Source: Chrysomallon squamiferum
Taxonomy: Eukaryota; Animalia; Mollusca
Reading direction: 5' to 3'
Assembly (NCBI GenBank): GCA_012295275.1
Contig: CM022665.1
Span: 4,216,001 to 4,280,000 of the forward strand
Length of the DNA stretch: 64,000 nucleotides
The translations under genes and the position numbers were made by a program. Shown piece by piece: positions 1 through 13,296 of the stretch. The notes beneath the pieces were generated by a model, which saw only the letters and a list, made by a program, of their open reading frames with translations, ran no database searches and was not told the DNA's origin. The number at the start of each line of letters is the position of its first letter. The first letter of the stretch is position 1.

Positions 1-265
1 ACAAATGAAATACTCAAACAATGAAATAAAAACAGTCATTATGCAATGCAAACTGGAACCAATAACAAGGGCAGTTATTCAACTGAAAACATGAATTATC
101 AATGCTCAAATATGAATTAGCAATGCAATAACGCATTCTGGTCAATAACTAGAGCAAATAATTAAGCTATTTGCTCTAAGCTATGTTTGTGATAGGCTGT
201 GTTTGTGTTAGACTGTTTGAACTCTCTTTCCAGTCTTGTCCACACATAGACCCATTTTGGTGATG

Positions 266-345
266 TTAATATATGGTCCAAGTAATTTGTTTCATGTGGC
301 AATTTCTACCAATAGAAACGTCTTCCAAAGCCATCCTGGACTGCT
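266..345 (-). CDS. AMN1: AMN1 coding exon 7 (terminal)
   Basis: QSRMALEDVSIGRNCHMKQITWTIY, stop TAA at 268-266. Confidence 0.92.
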
Positions 346-2231
346 CTGAAATCACAAATCATAAATAACTGATTATTAATTGGAATTAATCTAAATTATG
401 TAATCCATCATTTAATGCAATAGATGCTGAATGAATGTTTATTTTAACACACTTCAACATATTTTATTAAAAGGTTTTAGGCATCAAAACTTTGCATAAA
501 CAGTGGGATTAGAGACAAAACTATTGTAGTCACTTTAAGGGTTACTTTCATCTGACACTAGTCAAAAATATGTTATAAACACTTTCTTTCAGATAGAAAA
601 CAAATAACAAAAATTCAAGAATATTCCTGGATGAATACTACTAAATCAAATTTACAACAGGATGAAAATAAGAATGCTCAGCCAAATCAGAATGAAATTT
701 ATTAATCTTAAAATAATAAAATAATAAAATAAAGTAAAATAAATAAATAAATAAATAAATAAAAAAAATAAAAATAAAAATAAAAATAAAAAAAAAAAAA
801 ATAAAAATAAAAATAAAAATAAAAGTTAAGTAACATAAAAGTAAAGTAAAGCTAAATAAAAATAAAAGTTAAGTAACATAAAAGTAAAGTAAGCAAAATA
901 AAACATTCATTAAGAATTACCTGTCATCAGTGGACATCCATGAAATATGAGGATACTGATCCGGGGACAATACTGTATAACTGCTTCCACTGACTCATCT
1001 GTTAGCTTAGGGCAATTATTCATGTGAATTTCCTGAAATACACACAAACACATATTACTACATATACATATACGACAAAAATGACATATCCAGAAGGTAG
1101 TAACAGTTATCAAATTCTCATTCATTTCCTCAGTATTATTATCCTAGTAATAAAAAATAAAACTAATTTTAAAATGTTCTACCTATTTCTTAATAATAGA
1201 ACATATAAATTATATGATAAATGAAAGGTAAAACTTAAATAATTACAGTTTATATTTAAAACTGAAAAAAAAAAAGGTATATACCAAGTATGCTCATTTA
1301 GTATTTGTATTGAAAAATTGAAATCATAAAAATGGAGACCAATTAACACGTTGAAGAATGAAGTAATACATATTTTCTAAGAACATCATTAACAGTTAAT
1401 GCATGTACACTCCTGTACATAGAAAAAAAGTAAAATATCTTTGCTAGAATGAAACTGGAAACATTTTATTACATTATTTTAAATGTACAGGTAATACTAA
1501 TATATATTGTTCTCAGTACTAACCTTCAGAGTGTGTGAACAAACTCCACTAGCAAGACTGAAAACACCATTATCAGTTACCTGAAAGAAAAATAAAAAGA
1601 ATTTACTAATCCTTTAACAGATAAAATTAACAAAAATATTTAAATAAGACTTATGATATGACAGTTTTAAACACGTTAAGAAAATACACACAAAATATAA
1701 AATGACATGCAAAGAAAGAAATTTAGATCAACATATATACTTGAATAAACATTGAGATGTCACCTAAATCAGCCAAAAAAATTGAAATTTCTTAAAAATT
1801 TAAAATTTGAGAAAAAGAAATGAAGAACAAAAAAAAACAAAAAAAAAACGAAAGAGAAAACATTACCTAAAATAAAAAAAAATTAATTTCAGGTATTTTT
1901 AAAAAGAACATCACTTAAAATAAAAATAAAATAAAAACTCACTGCTGCCTTTGCAAAGTTCACAGAACAGAGTTTCTTGGACTTTCTGCCCAGTGCTTCC
2001 AGGGAGAGATCTGTGAGTCGTGTGCATCCCCCTATGTTGAGCTCACTCAGTAAAGGACAGTTCTCCGAAAGACTGATAACAGCTTCATCAGTGAGATTAA
2101 TGCATCTTCGCAAAAACACAGTGCGCAAATACTGACATGCTGCAGAGACACGAGCTATACCTGAAAAATACATAAAACATTTTTAAAAGGAGAAAGAAAC
2201 AATATAATCAAACTCTCTCTCTCTCCCAGAT

Positions 2232-2288
<57 letters not shown>

Positions 2289-3684
2289 ATCCACACACTT
2301 GCATACATGAACACACTGACACAAATACAGTTGCACAAATACAATATCACATACACACATACATATGTTACTGTCATCATAATGTACCTAATACTTTTAC
2401 AATGTTATTTCTAGTATAACTAAAAATATTATAAAAAATATAAATTATAACATTATTTTACATATAATTATTTTAAATAATTAATTTTTCTTTCTCAATT
2501 TGTCCCAAGTGCACTCACCATTATAAAAAATCTGACAAACTCCTATTTTAACATTTACCTGCACTAGATATTGAAGTTCTGGGGACCTTCTCTGCATTTA
2601 AGTCCAACTTTTCCAGTTTGTAACATCTGACTAATTTATAGAGTCCCTGGTCAGTTACATCGGACTGACTCAAGTCTAGTTTACGTAACTGTTCATATGC
2701 AAACTGAAAATATAAAATAATATTCAAATATAAATTATAAGATGATACTTCTACAAAGAAATATTTAGTGCATGTAAATATGGAAAAATACTGACACAAA
2801 AATTAAGATTCAATATCATATCTGATGTTTAAATTACAATGTTGCTTATGTAGATGATACAAAATATATGTGTGCATATTAAATATAAAAATATAATGCA
2901 GTCAACAAGTCATATTCTTCCTCTAAAATACATAGTGTAATATGTATTCCAGATAATACAAAATACAAACAACAAATATTATAATAAATATTGGTTCTAG
3001 AAGGATATAAAATAATTTCTTAAAATATCATGTAAATCAGTAAAAGCTGGTTAATAAAGGTATAGATATGTTAAGTGAAAAGAAAGTAAATTTTAATGAA
3101 GTAATGTACTGTATTTTTAATGGATAATGTGTAGTGTTTTCACTTCACATCGTGGAATGCCATCCCTTTATTCATCAGGATCATCATAACTATGGTTAAA
3201 TAAGAGGAATAATATGAATAAAAATATAAAATAGCTTGTGTTTGTTTACTAGAATGCACCAACATGTGATCTGATTGAGTGCATTCAGAATATTGCATAG
3301 TACTAGGGTACTAATTAAAACAGTAATTTCACCTTTCCAATGTTTTCATCATTAAGCAGTCCTCGTTTACTCATCAAATATAACATTTGACTCTTAATGT
3401 TGGGCGTTACACACTCTATCACTGTGTCATCAGAATATTTGGTTATATTTTCAACACTGGCTTTCAGTGATCTGAAACATGTATATTTAAATTAATGTAT
3501 TTATAATCTGAATATGAAATAAGCACTTGCCAAATACCAAATACCAAATACCCAATTTGCATTAATGTGTACCTTTGCTGATATTAAGAAATAGTCTAAC
3601 TATATTTAAATACTTCCAGTTTATGTTTATTTCTGATTGACCCATCTTAATTAATAAAGCATCACAACAAATGGAAAAACCCCA

Positions 3685-3718
<34 letters not shown>

Positions 3719-3746
3719 AATTACATTAAGTGATTATGTGTGTGTG

Positions 3747-3833
<87 letters not shown>

Positions 3834-4108
3834 GAAAACTGATTAATTAAAAATATTTTTATTTGTTAATTGCATTAATGAGTAATTAGGAACTTTTAGG
3901 GTCATTTCAGATTTGCTATTGTTTTAACTGTCATAATTTGTTTCAGCCAGTAGCACGATTACAGATTAGCACGACGAAATAATAGTTCAGATTACATTAT
4001 TACTTTTGTCATTTATTATTATTGTTATTGTTGACTGTTTTAGCATATGACTTACAAATTGAATAATGTTGCAACTGTGAATGGTTCGCGCAGTCGTGTT
4101 CCGGACAT
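266..4108 (-). CDS. AMN1: Protein AMN1 homolog (leucine-rich repeat), complete gene, 7 coding exons, 267 aa
   Basis: complement(join(266..345,921..1032,1524..1580,1943..2160,2559..2703,3333..3471,4056..4108)) = 804 nt, all introns GT-AG with matching phases. Translation MSGTRLREPFTVATLFNLSLK...PNIKSQMLYLMSKRGLLNDENI...LRRCINLTDE...IFHGCPLMTEQSR...MKQITWTIY* follows vertebrate AMN1 as I recall it (LPPNIKD, LKRCCNLTDEG, LFHGCPLITDHSR, KQVTWTVY). Confidence 0.93.
921..1032 (-). CDS. AMN1: AMN1 coding exon 6
   Basis: EIHMNNCPKLTDESVEAVIQYCPRISILIFHGCPLMT, donor GTAATT. Confidence 0.95.
1524..1580 (-). CDS. AMN1: AMN1 coding exon 5
   Basis: 57 nt, VTDNGVFSLASGVCSHTLK, donor GTTAGT. Confidence 0.92.
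1943..2160 (-). CDS. AMN1: AMN1 coding exon 4
   Basis: IARVSAACQYLRTVFLRRCINLTDE...VNFAKAA, donor GTGAGT. Confidence 0.95.
2559..2703 (-). CDS. AMN1: AMN1 coding exon 3
   Basis: FAYEQLRKLDLSQSDVTDQGL...RTSISSA, LRR, AG/GT flanks. Confidence 0.93.
3333..3471 (-). CDS. AMN1: AMN1 coding exon 2
   Basis: TTTCAG acceptor, SLKASVENITKY...LLNDENIGK, donor GTGAAA. Confidence 0.9.
4056..4108 (-). CDS. AMN1: AMN1 coding exon 1
   Basis: ATG at 4108, MSGTRLREPFTVATLFN+TT, donor GTAAGT. Confidence 0.8.
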
Positions 4109-5031
4109 TTTTGTTTACATTAGTAACCAAAACTGAAAAGTATTACTATTTATTAGTATTAAAACCTTAGTGAAAGTATGTTCTGTGGAAACTTTTCTTT
4201 AACGTTTCATAAAAACAATATCAAGGTTATCAGTCAAAACGTAAATAAAATGAACTATAATAAATAATGTAAATGAAAATGATTGACTTCTGCAAAAGAC
4301 AAACTTTCCCCAACGTTACGCTATTTCAGCATCTGTTACAAATGTTTGTTTACAGTCTATCAAGTGTTTCCGTAATTTGGCGATCTTCTCCGATAGTTTG
4401 ATATTCATAAACAAAAAGAAGAAGAAGAAGAAAAAAAGAAACCGGTGTTGCAGTTTTTTGAAATAAAACTGACCGAATTGTTCCAAACTAAGTAATCTGA
4501 TGCAGACAGTTTGTTCAAATTACTAGTAATATATATTTAAAAGGCTTTTTTTTTTTTTTGTGTTTATTGCAATATTTTTTTAATGTGGCCTAGTTCACGT
4601 AATTCATGTATTAAACCTAAATTATAAATAAAATGTATTTGTTTTTTTAAACTTGGTACATAATAAAAATAAACCGCCAGTATGTAAACAGTAGGTTGAG
4701 TATTTAGTTGTTCATGGAGTTCTTTTGGGTTGTTGTTGTTGTTGCTGTTGTATTGTTATTGTAATTATTATTTTAATAATTCTATTAATGTTTCAGAAAA
4801 CGTACTCAGAACATCCAGGTCATCTATTATGAGTTTTTTGGACCGTTGCTTAATTACTATTAGTATAACAGCAACAAAAACTGCTACAAACGTGACTATT
4901 TTAAATTTATATCAACAACACAACATTTAAAATAAAATAAAACAAAATAAAATAAAATACACAGAATTCTGCATATTACAATTTGTTAACTCGACACCGG
5001 TCACATGACATGCTAGAGGAACGTCATCAAA
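4109..5031. promoter_or_regulatory. Bidirectional promoter / 5'UTR region shared by AMN1 and ARFGAP2/3
   Basis: Start codons face away from each other with 923 bp between them. CpG dinucleotides are visibly more frequent than in the flanking introns. Motifs: TGTTTAC at 4112 and 4347, GTAAACA at 4684, GTCACATGAC at 5000-5009, and YY1-like CAAAATGGC over the ARFGAP ATG. Confidence 0.7.
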
Positions 5032-5103
5032 ATGGCTGAACAACCCAGTAAATCAGATATTACTTCAATTTTTAAACGTTTACGTTCTATTCCCACAAAT
5101 AAA
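5032..5103 (+). CDS. ARFGAP2: ARFGAP2/3 coding exon 1
   Basis: [24 protein letters not shown], donor GTAAGT. Confidence 0.93.
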
Positions 5104-8100
5104 GTAAGTGATATGTTTTAATATCAGACACATCAAAAGTAATCTATTTCATATTTTAATCGGTGGAAATATATGAATAGTGTCATTTTATCACCTGGAT
5201 ATGTTTATTAGTAAACGCATATGTCACCATCAGGTTATTTCAGTATTGCGTTCTCAGCTTTAATGATTTAACACGTTAAGGCTTAAAATAAAATTCATAT
5301 GTCATTAATTACATATTTTAAAAGCTAATTAGCTTAACATTGGATGTACGTTTAATGGTTAAATATATTTCGGATGAACAGCAGAACAAAATATTAATAG
5401 TCTATTGATAATGTGATGATTTTAATATTGATAGTCAAACACTATCAGACAATGTTACGTAACATTTGTCATATTGTAGATTCTTAAGAATATTATAGCC
5501 AGTTTTTAAAACTGAATAAAAAAATATATTATTTTTAATAATAATTACAAAAGAAAAGAATTACGTATTATGTTTTTGAGGAAAAATATTTATGAGTCGT
5601 TAATTATGAATTTATAAAATTATATTTTAATATCACTAAATATATTCAGTCACTTAGCAAATTTAATTTTAGAGAATGTAATGTAATGTTACTGTTTATA
5701 TATATTTTTTTATTGTTGTTGAAAATATATATATAAATAAAAATATTAGCAGATACTTCCTTTATATGTTTTAACCACAAATATTTCATTTCAGATGTCA
5801 TTGAAATTTTAATGTTTAATATTTTATAAGTTTTGTATGTTTTTATTCTTATTACAGCAATGTTTTGATTGTAATCACAGCAACCCAACATGGGCTAGTG
5901 TAACCTATGGTGTGTTTCTTTGTATTGACTGTTCTGCTGTCCATCGATCACTTGGTGTCCATATTTCTTTTATAAGATCCACACAACTGGACACAAACTG
6001 GACATGGCTTCAGCTAAGAGCTATGCAGGTTGGGGGAAATGCCAATGCTGTAAGTATATACAGGAAGAAAATAACAACTTTATTAATTATTTTAAAAAAA
6101 TGCAACCAATTCAGTAAATAGATATATTAAAAAATAAAATGGAATAAACTATAGGAATAACATGATTACAGCATTATTTGTAAGATGGCTAAAACCGTAA
6201 CTAATTTTTCGTCTGAAATAACGAACTAAGAAAGTTTTGTTAGATAATAACAACAGTACTATGTAACATAATTTAAACAGATACCTGTTACCTTTAAATA
6301 ACTGATCTCATTTCTCATTTTGAAAATTACACACCAAAATTTTATAACTTGTTTCAATATGCCATTAAATTGCTAATGTGTAATTTTTATACAAACTGGA
6401 TCGTTGTTTTCAGTATGCATTTTTTCGTCAACATGGATGTGATTCGGCAGATGCTCAGAAGAAGTACCACAGCCGAGCTGCTCATCTGTACAGAGAAAAA
6501 CTTCTAACACACACGCAAAATGCCCTCAGGCTCTATGGAACTAAGGTATTGTTTAAAATAATAAGAGTCTGTCTTCTTTTCACATGGTTAGTAAATTACA
6601 TTGGAATCTTAGGTTATATGACATTTTATTTATTTATTTTTTAATTTTAAAAAAATACTGAAATGCATTTTTTTTCAAATTATAGATAAGATATGGTTTC
6701 AAAATGATTAAAAGTTAGTGTTTGAACTAATAAGAAAATTCTTATTTTAAATCATTTATTTTTCACATGTAAATAAGACCATCTAAACTTATAAATGCTT
6801 TTTCATTTTGTTGAAAGTATTCTGGTATTTTGTAAAGAAAAGTAGATAAAGGTATGAATGGACAATTCATCTCATGTGAACATTATAATTTAAATTTCAG
6901 CTTCATATAGATGTAGCAAAAGAGCCAACATCACCTACAACAGATAAAGACGATTTCTTTGAAGAACACACAAAAATAGAGGATGTCTCTGTAACTGAAT
7001 CGGTCTCTGATGAGGCAAAGTTATCAGCTTCTAAACCCATCAAAAACGGCAGTACTAATGGTCCGAAAAATGGTGAGAATATGTCTGAAGATGATTTTAA
7101 TCTGTTTATACTCATCAAAATTTTTAGAAATAATTTAAACTTTGTTATTATATGTTTAGATCAGTTTGTGTACATTACAAATTCTGTTAAATGGTATATC
7201 TTGCACATAAAACCCTGTTTGGTTTTTATTAAGCATTTGTCCACCAAGGAGTTCATATAACAGTCGATCTGTGAATTGTGATTATATATAATTACAGATA
7301 TAGATCCATCAGAAGGACCAAAAGTGGATCATGCTCTCAGTATCTCGCCAACTGAAGCTGCAGCTGCAGCTGAGCCAAGGAAAACACTTATTGGAGCTAA
7401 GAAAATTGGAGCAGCCAAGAAAGGAGTAAGTAAAAAATACAACGTTAAAAATAAACATTGGATAGCTTTGGACTCGAGGTATGACTGTTAAATATATAAC
7501 AGAAGCTGCAGCTTGGTGCTTAAAACCAGTGCCTTAAATTTTATAGTTGATACAGTAGTTAGTGTTAGTGTATTCTTTGGGTAATTTCCCCACATTACCC
7601 CACATCATCTTTTATCAGAGGCTGTCATGTCTGCTTGAATATGCATGTGAAAAATTTCCATGTTGCTAAACAGTGAAAAACAAATAGTTAAATATGAGTA
7701 CTGCTTAATATATGTACCATATAGAGTTAGGAGAATATCCACTTTTAAATCATTAAAGTGATAAAGAATTATTATTATTTTTATTTTTTTATTTTTTTTA
7801 TTATAGAAGACTGGATTTGGAGCTCAGCGAGTGAAAACAAATTTCAATGAAATAGAGAACAGAGCTCAGCAGCTGGATAAGGAAAGAGAAAACCTGGCCA
7901 AGATGAGTGACGTGCAAGAAGCAAAAACAACTGAAGAACAGGAGAAACAAATGTAATGAAGTAGAATTTTAAATATATTTGATTTATGAATCTGTTTTGA
8001 ATCTTGCAAGTGTGTAACTGCTTATTTTTGAGAAAAGGGTACAAAAGGTCGCAGTGATTGGTTGAACAAATGGCTCAAATACAATCTGTATACTGCGGTG

Positions 8101-11100
8101 TTGTTTTACTTGTTAAAGACAAAAAACTGAGTAAACCATTGCAGAGCAGATTATCTCGAGTCTTACCAGAACTTTTGTTCATTTGTATGAAATGGTTTCA
8201 GAAATAATCAGAATAATTAATGCCTTACTGTTTTGTCAAAAAAAAAAAACCCAGATGTTTTCCAGTTATGTTTAAAATAGTGGCACATAATTAGTAAAAT
8301 AAAAGATAAGCCATTTAAAATTTTTTTAAAAATTATAATGTAATATCTTAGGAAATGTATTAAAGAATTATTTTCTAATAGGACTTCCATGAGGCTTGCT
8401 TATAAAGACATGAGCTTGGAACGAAAGAAACAAGAAGAAAAATTGTTGGCTGCTGATCCAAAGAAAGCTGAACAATTTGAAAGACTAGGCATGGGATTTG
8501 CTGGCAACAAGTAAGTCTTACTCTGTCACACATTCTCTCTGATTTAAAAAACATGGCACCCGTTCCAAGTTGTTTTGTACTGAATATACTCGTTTACTAA
8601 TATAAATATGCATCATTTTATTTTTCAGTTTAGTGAAAGCAGATTTTAATTGATTGTTTTGTTAACAATTTTTTCAGAGGAATTAGTCATTCTGCCATTT
8701 CTGACATGCAGACAATTGAACAGGAATCGATAAATGACGACAGAGGTGGAGGACAATATGGTAGAAAAACCAACAAGTGGAGCCGAGAAAAAGATTTCTT
8801 TGAAGATGAAATGGAAATGTTTGGTGGTGGATTTTCTAAAGGGTTAGCTTTCTGAATACTTATTGTATGATATTGTCTGTCTCTGTGTTTTGTGTAATTA
8901 GGGTTGTAGCACAGTGATTACAGTGATATATGCCATCTGAATACTGAACAGTAAATGTTTAAATACTTTTACAATAAATATACTTGTAGCTGAATTAATC
9001 ATTAATAGATTAATTTTTCTCTTTGTTTAAAATGTTTGTTTTTTTAATGTATTTTGGAATTGTTTTCTTTTTTAAATTGCATGCATTGTTCTTGTTTTTG
9101 TTTTCCAGTTATGGTGATGGTTCTTTCGGCTCCAAGAAAGATCCCTATGGTGACAGCTCATATGGCTCAAAAAATGACGACTACGGTAGCTGGGGCAATG
9201 CAAATAAAGGCGGCTCTTGGGACATAGACAGATTTGAAACTAAACAAAGCAAGTCTGAAACAATAACATCTAAACAAGATGATAGGTATGATACATTTTG
9301 GTGATGGCACCCTGCATGTTTTAAAAACTTTGATAGTCAAGCACACATCTTTGTACTCCAAACTAGTTCAGTGATTGTCTTTTAAAATTGTCACAGATAT
9401 TGTCATGTAGTATTTTGAAATATTTATATATATATATATATTTTTTTTTTTTATACTTCATTGTAAAATAAAGAACCCTGTCTACATTTCCTTGTTTTGT
9501 GTCAGTTTGTTGCATGTATTTTGTGAAATGTAAATGTTAATAATATGTTATTTATTGTGAAAAGTGCTAAAAAAGATAACAGATTTTATAACTTTGAATG
9601 TTGGTTGACTATGTATCCCTTTTACATGTACTTAAGGGAATAAACAGCTGAAATATGTTTTTATATAAATTCAGCAAATGTCATCAGTCTTTGGTAACAA
9701 TAAAGAAAGAATATTAAATGTCATTTCAGACATAAAAATGCAAAAAAAAACAAAGCCCTGATAGATTGAATAACTGACAGAAGAATTGCTCTGGCCATGT
9801 GTATCAAGATTTTAGAAATTTTTCTGTATATGAAATAAAATCCAGAAATAAAATATGTTGGACACTTACAGAATGTAATTAGGCAATTTATTCACTGACT
9901 TTTCCCTTGCTCTAAGTTTTTTGTATTGTGTAATGATAGATCCAGTTTATTTCTGGTTTTGTAATTCAAGACATAAGTTTGCTTTTGGTTAACAATAGTC
10001 AATTTTTAAATTAAGTACCATTAAATATATTAATAATTCTCTGTATTTCTGAGAGACTACGAAAGTTTCAGGCAACATCCATGTTTTTTTGTTGTTTTTT
10101 GTTGTTTTTTCATCTTCCAAATGTTTCTTTACATTGACTTAGAAATTGTAGTTGAAAAAATATCAGATTTTAGATTATATGTGGATAAAGTCAATCATCA
10201 TTTGGTTCTGGAAATTCTATTTTAAGTTTTTTTCTCAGAGATAATTTTCATGCTCCAGTTTTTAAAATAGTTTTTTTTTTTTTTGCTGCATATATCCAAG
10301 CAGCAGTTAAATGTAACTCACATAGCTATTTTCCTTACAAGCATTCCCGAAGCAATGGAATCGGAGGTTGACTGGTAAATATTCTGCTTAGTGTATGTTT
10401 GTATATGTGCTTAATGTTGAAATAATTTGTAGCAAAACCTTTATTTGCACTTATAGCAGAGGCACTAACATAGTAATTAACTTATAAAAATTATATACAT
10501 TGTTCATTGATGTAGTATACAATTTACCTGTTCCATGAATTTATTCCAAAACCTTGATGTATTTTGTTGAAATTCCAATATATGTTTCGATAGAAACTAT
10601 ATTTTTACTATTGTCATAAGCGTGTGTTCTGCAGAAAGCCTATTTTTCAGCTTCTTTCCCTGCTTAATTTTATGCTTTTTTTTTTTTTATATAATATATG
10701 ACAAAGCAACGAAAAAAAATGAAAAAAAATGTGGAGAAAGAGATTCTACAGTAACATTAATGTATTGATTTTGTTGCAGATGTTTTTGGTGTTTTTATGC
10801 TAGATTTGAACATTTTAATGTTATCATACTAGATTTGAACATTTTAATGTTTTAAATTGTACTGTGGAAATATTATTTTGTGCTTTTTTGTGTGATCCCT
10901 TTATAAATGTGTTTTTGTTTTTGTTGCTTTTGTCAACATTCATCTGTAATCTATCCTATTTTGTTACAGATTTATTAATGATTTTATAAATCATCATTTA
11001 AGCATAATACTTGACTTGTGTTATTCATATAGAATCATACTTTTGATGACTGTGAGGCAGGTTAAATTATTTTTTTTAAACCCATCTTTTCTAAACATAT

Positions 11101-13261
11101 TTCTTACCTACACCATTCTTTATCACACCACCAATAAGTAATTATTATATACCTAAATTATTAAACAAAATAACAAAATTATAATAATTTCTCAGTGCAA
11201 ATGGTGGTTGGATCCAGGATCAGTTCTTCATTAAACCACTGAATATTTTCTGTTCCAGTATTTACAAAAGGTCATAGTTAGTGATTACCTATCTGTGGAA
11301 GTTTATATGAAACACTATTTTTTAGTAGTTGATAACAGTAACCCAAAGAATATCAGCAGTGGATTTAATTTTTTTTTTTATTGTGACGTCTAAACAAAAA
11401 CTGCATTAATTATCCCAGAAATATGTTATCTGAAGACAGAATGTACAAATGCTAAAAACTGAATAAGTATGGTTCATAAAAATAATTTAACAACTATATA
11501 AACATAAAAAATTTTTTTTTTTTATGATTTGTCCAAAAAGAAAAAAAAGTAAAGAAGATTAAAATTTGAAAATAAATGATTAATTTTTAAAGGGACCATT
11601 TTTTTCATTTTTTTTTTTTCAAGATGGACTAAAATAGAAAAGTGAAACAAACTTTTTGCTATTCAGCTAAAATTGTTGTAGAGTTCCAGGAATAAACAAC
11701 TAAAAATCCAATTTTTATTTTAAAACTTTAGTAACAAAAAATGTTAAGCTATAAAGAAAAAAAAAAAAAAAAAATGTTGACATTTACACTTAATTTATTC
11801 TTTGAATATGTTACCTTACTTTTTCACAAATAATGTGTGTGATTTGTTTAGTCTAATCATAGTTATCACTGTGTCTAACCACATTATGTGAACTCAGACA
11901 GTCATTAGTAATATTATTTGTGATAACCATTTTTCCCATTTTCTAACCTTTTTGGTTTTCACCCATTTATGATTATTTTAAATAAAATTTAATTACAGAT
12001 ATGATGGAAATATTACAATTAAAAATAAATAAATGTGCACAATTTGGTGTGAAAAAAAAAAAAACTATTGTAAAACAGAATAAATATTTTTAAAAATCAC
12101 TTTTAAAAAAAATTAAATTTGTTTTAAATATATAATTCAGTTTTAAAATAGTATCCATAATTTGATCATTAATTTGGTAGAAATTTAATTACAAATGTAT
12201 CTGAATATTAAAAAGAACATGAAGCTTTTTTTTATTATTTTTTGAAAGGTAACTTGTTTTATATATTAACAAGTTATCTCCCTTACTCTAGGCCAAGTCG
12301 AAGCAGAAAAACATACGACACATCTTCTTCAACTGAAGCACAACAACGCTTTGGTAGTGCAAAGGCCATTTCTTCAGATACATATTTTGGAAACAAAGAC
12401 CCTGATGTAAGTATCTTGTAGCTTTTTGGTTTTAAACTGTTTACCAATTTACTCATAATACCATCTTTGCTAGGGTTTAGTTTGTAGAAACAGCTTTTCT
12501 TTTATTACTATTTTTTTTTGCCTTTTCAAACTGTACAATGATATAAATATCCTCTGATGTCATTATTTAAAACAAGTTGTTGCTGACTTAAAATAACTTT
12601 AAAAAACAATTAACATTTAGAATAGTAAATCATTGTCATTTTTCAAATTACAGCTAGTTATTTTTTATCAGAATTTGATGAGAATAACCACTAAAAATCC
12701 ACGAAAGAATTGTTACTACCCTGTACAATGATACAATTAAATATTTTAATTTATATTTTCTGATTTCAGTTAGCGACAGTATCATTGTAATTAAGAAAGC
12801 AAATTGTGAAAAGTGCTAAAAATGTTAATTACTCTAATTAATTAGACTGATTACAATTCATATTGGTAAAATATTAATGATGTTAAATTTGTATGTTCTG
12901 GTTTGGCTTTGAACCTTGTCAGACAAGAAGCAAATGTTGGAGAAAATAAAAGAAAAAAAACGAGATATAATTTGATGTAAATGTTCTGATTTCAGTTTGA
13001 GACTAGACAGACATTATCCAGATTAGAAGGCAAATCAGGAATTTCCAGCGATGATGTGTTTGGTTCAGACAAACCCAAACGATCAGACAGCTATACCAAC
13101 ACGCCAGATCTTCAAGACATCAAGGATGGGGTCAGGGAAGGTGTCACGAAAGTTGCAGGAAAACTTTCTAGCCTAGCTAACGGTGTCATGAATAGTTTAC
13201 AGGTAGGCTGAATAGAAATGATGTCACCATCATCATCATCATCATCATCTTCATCTTCATA

Positions 13262-13296
<35 letters not shown>

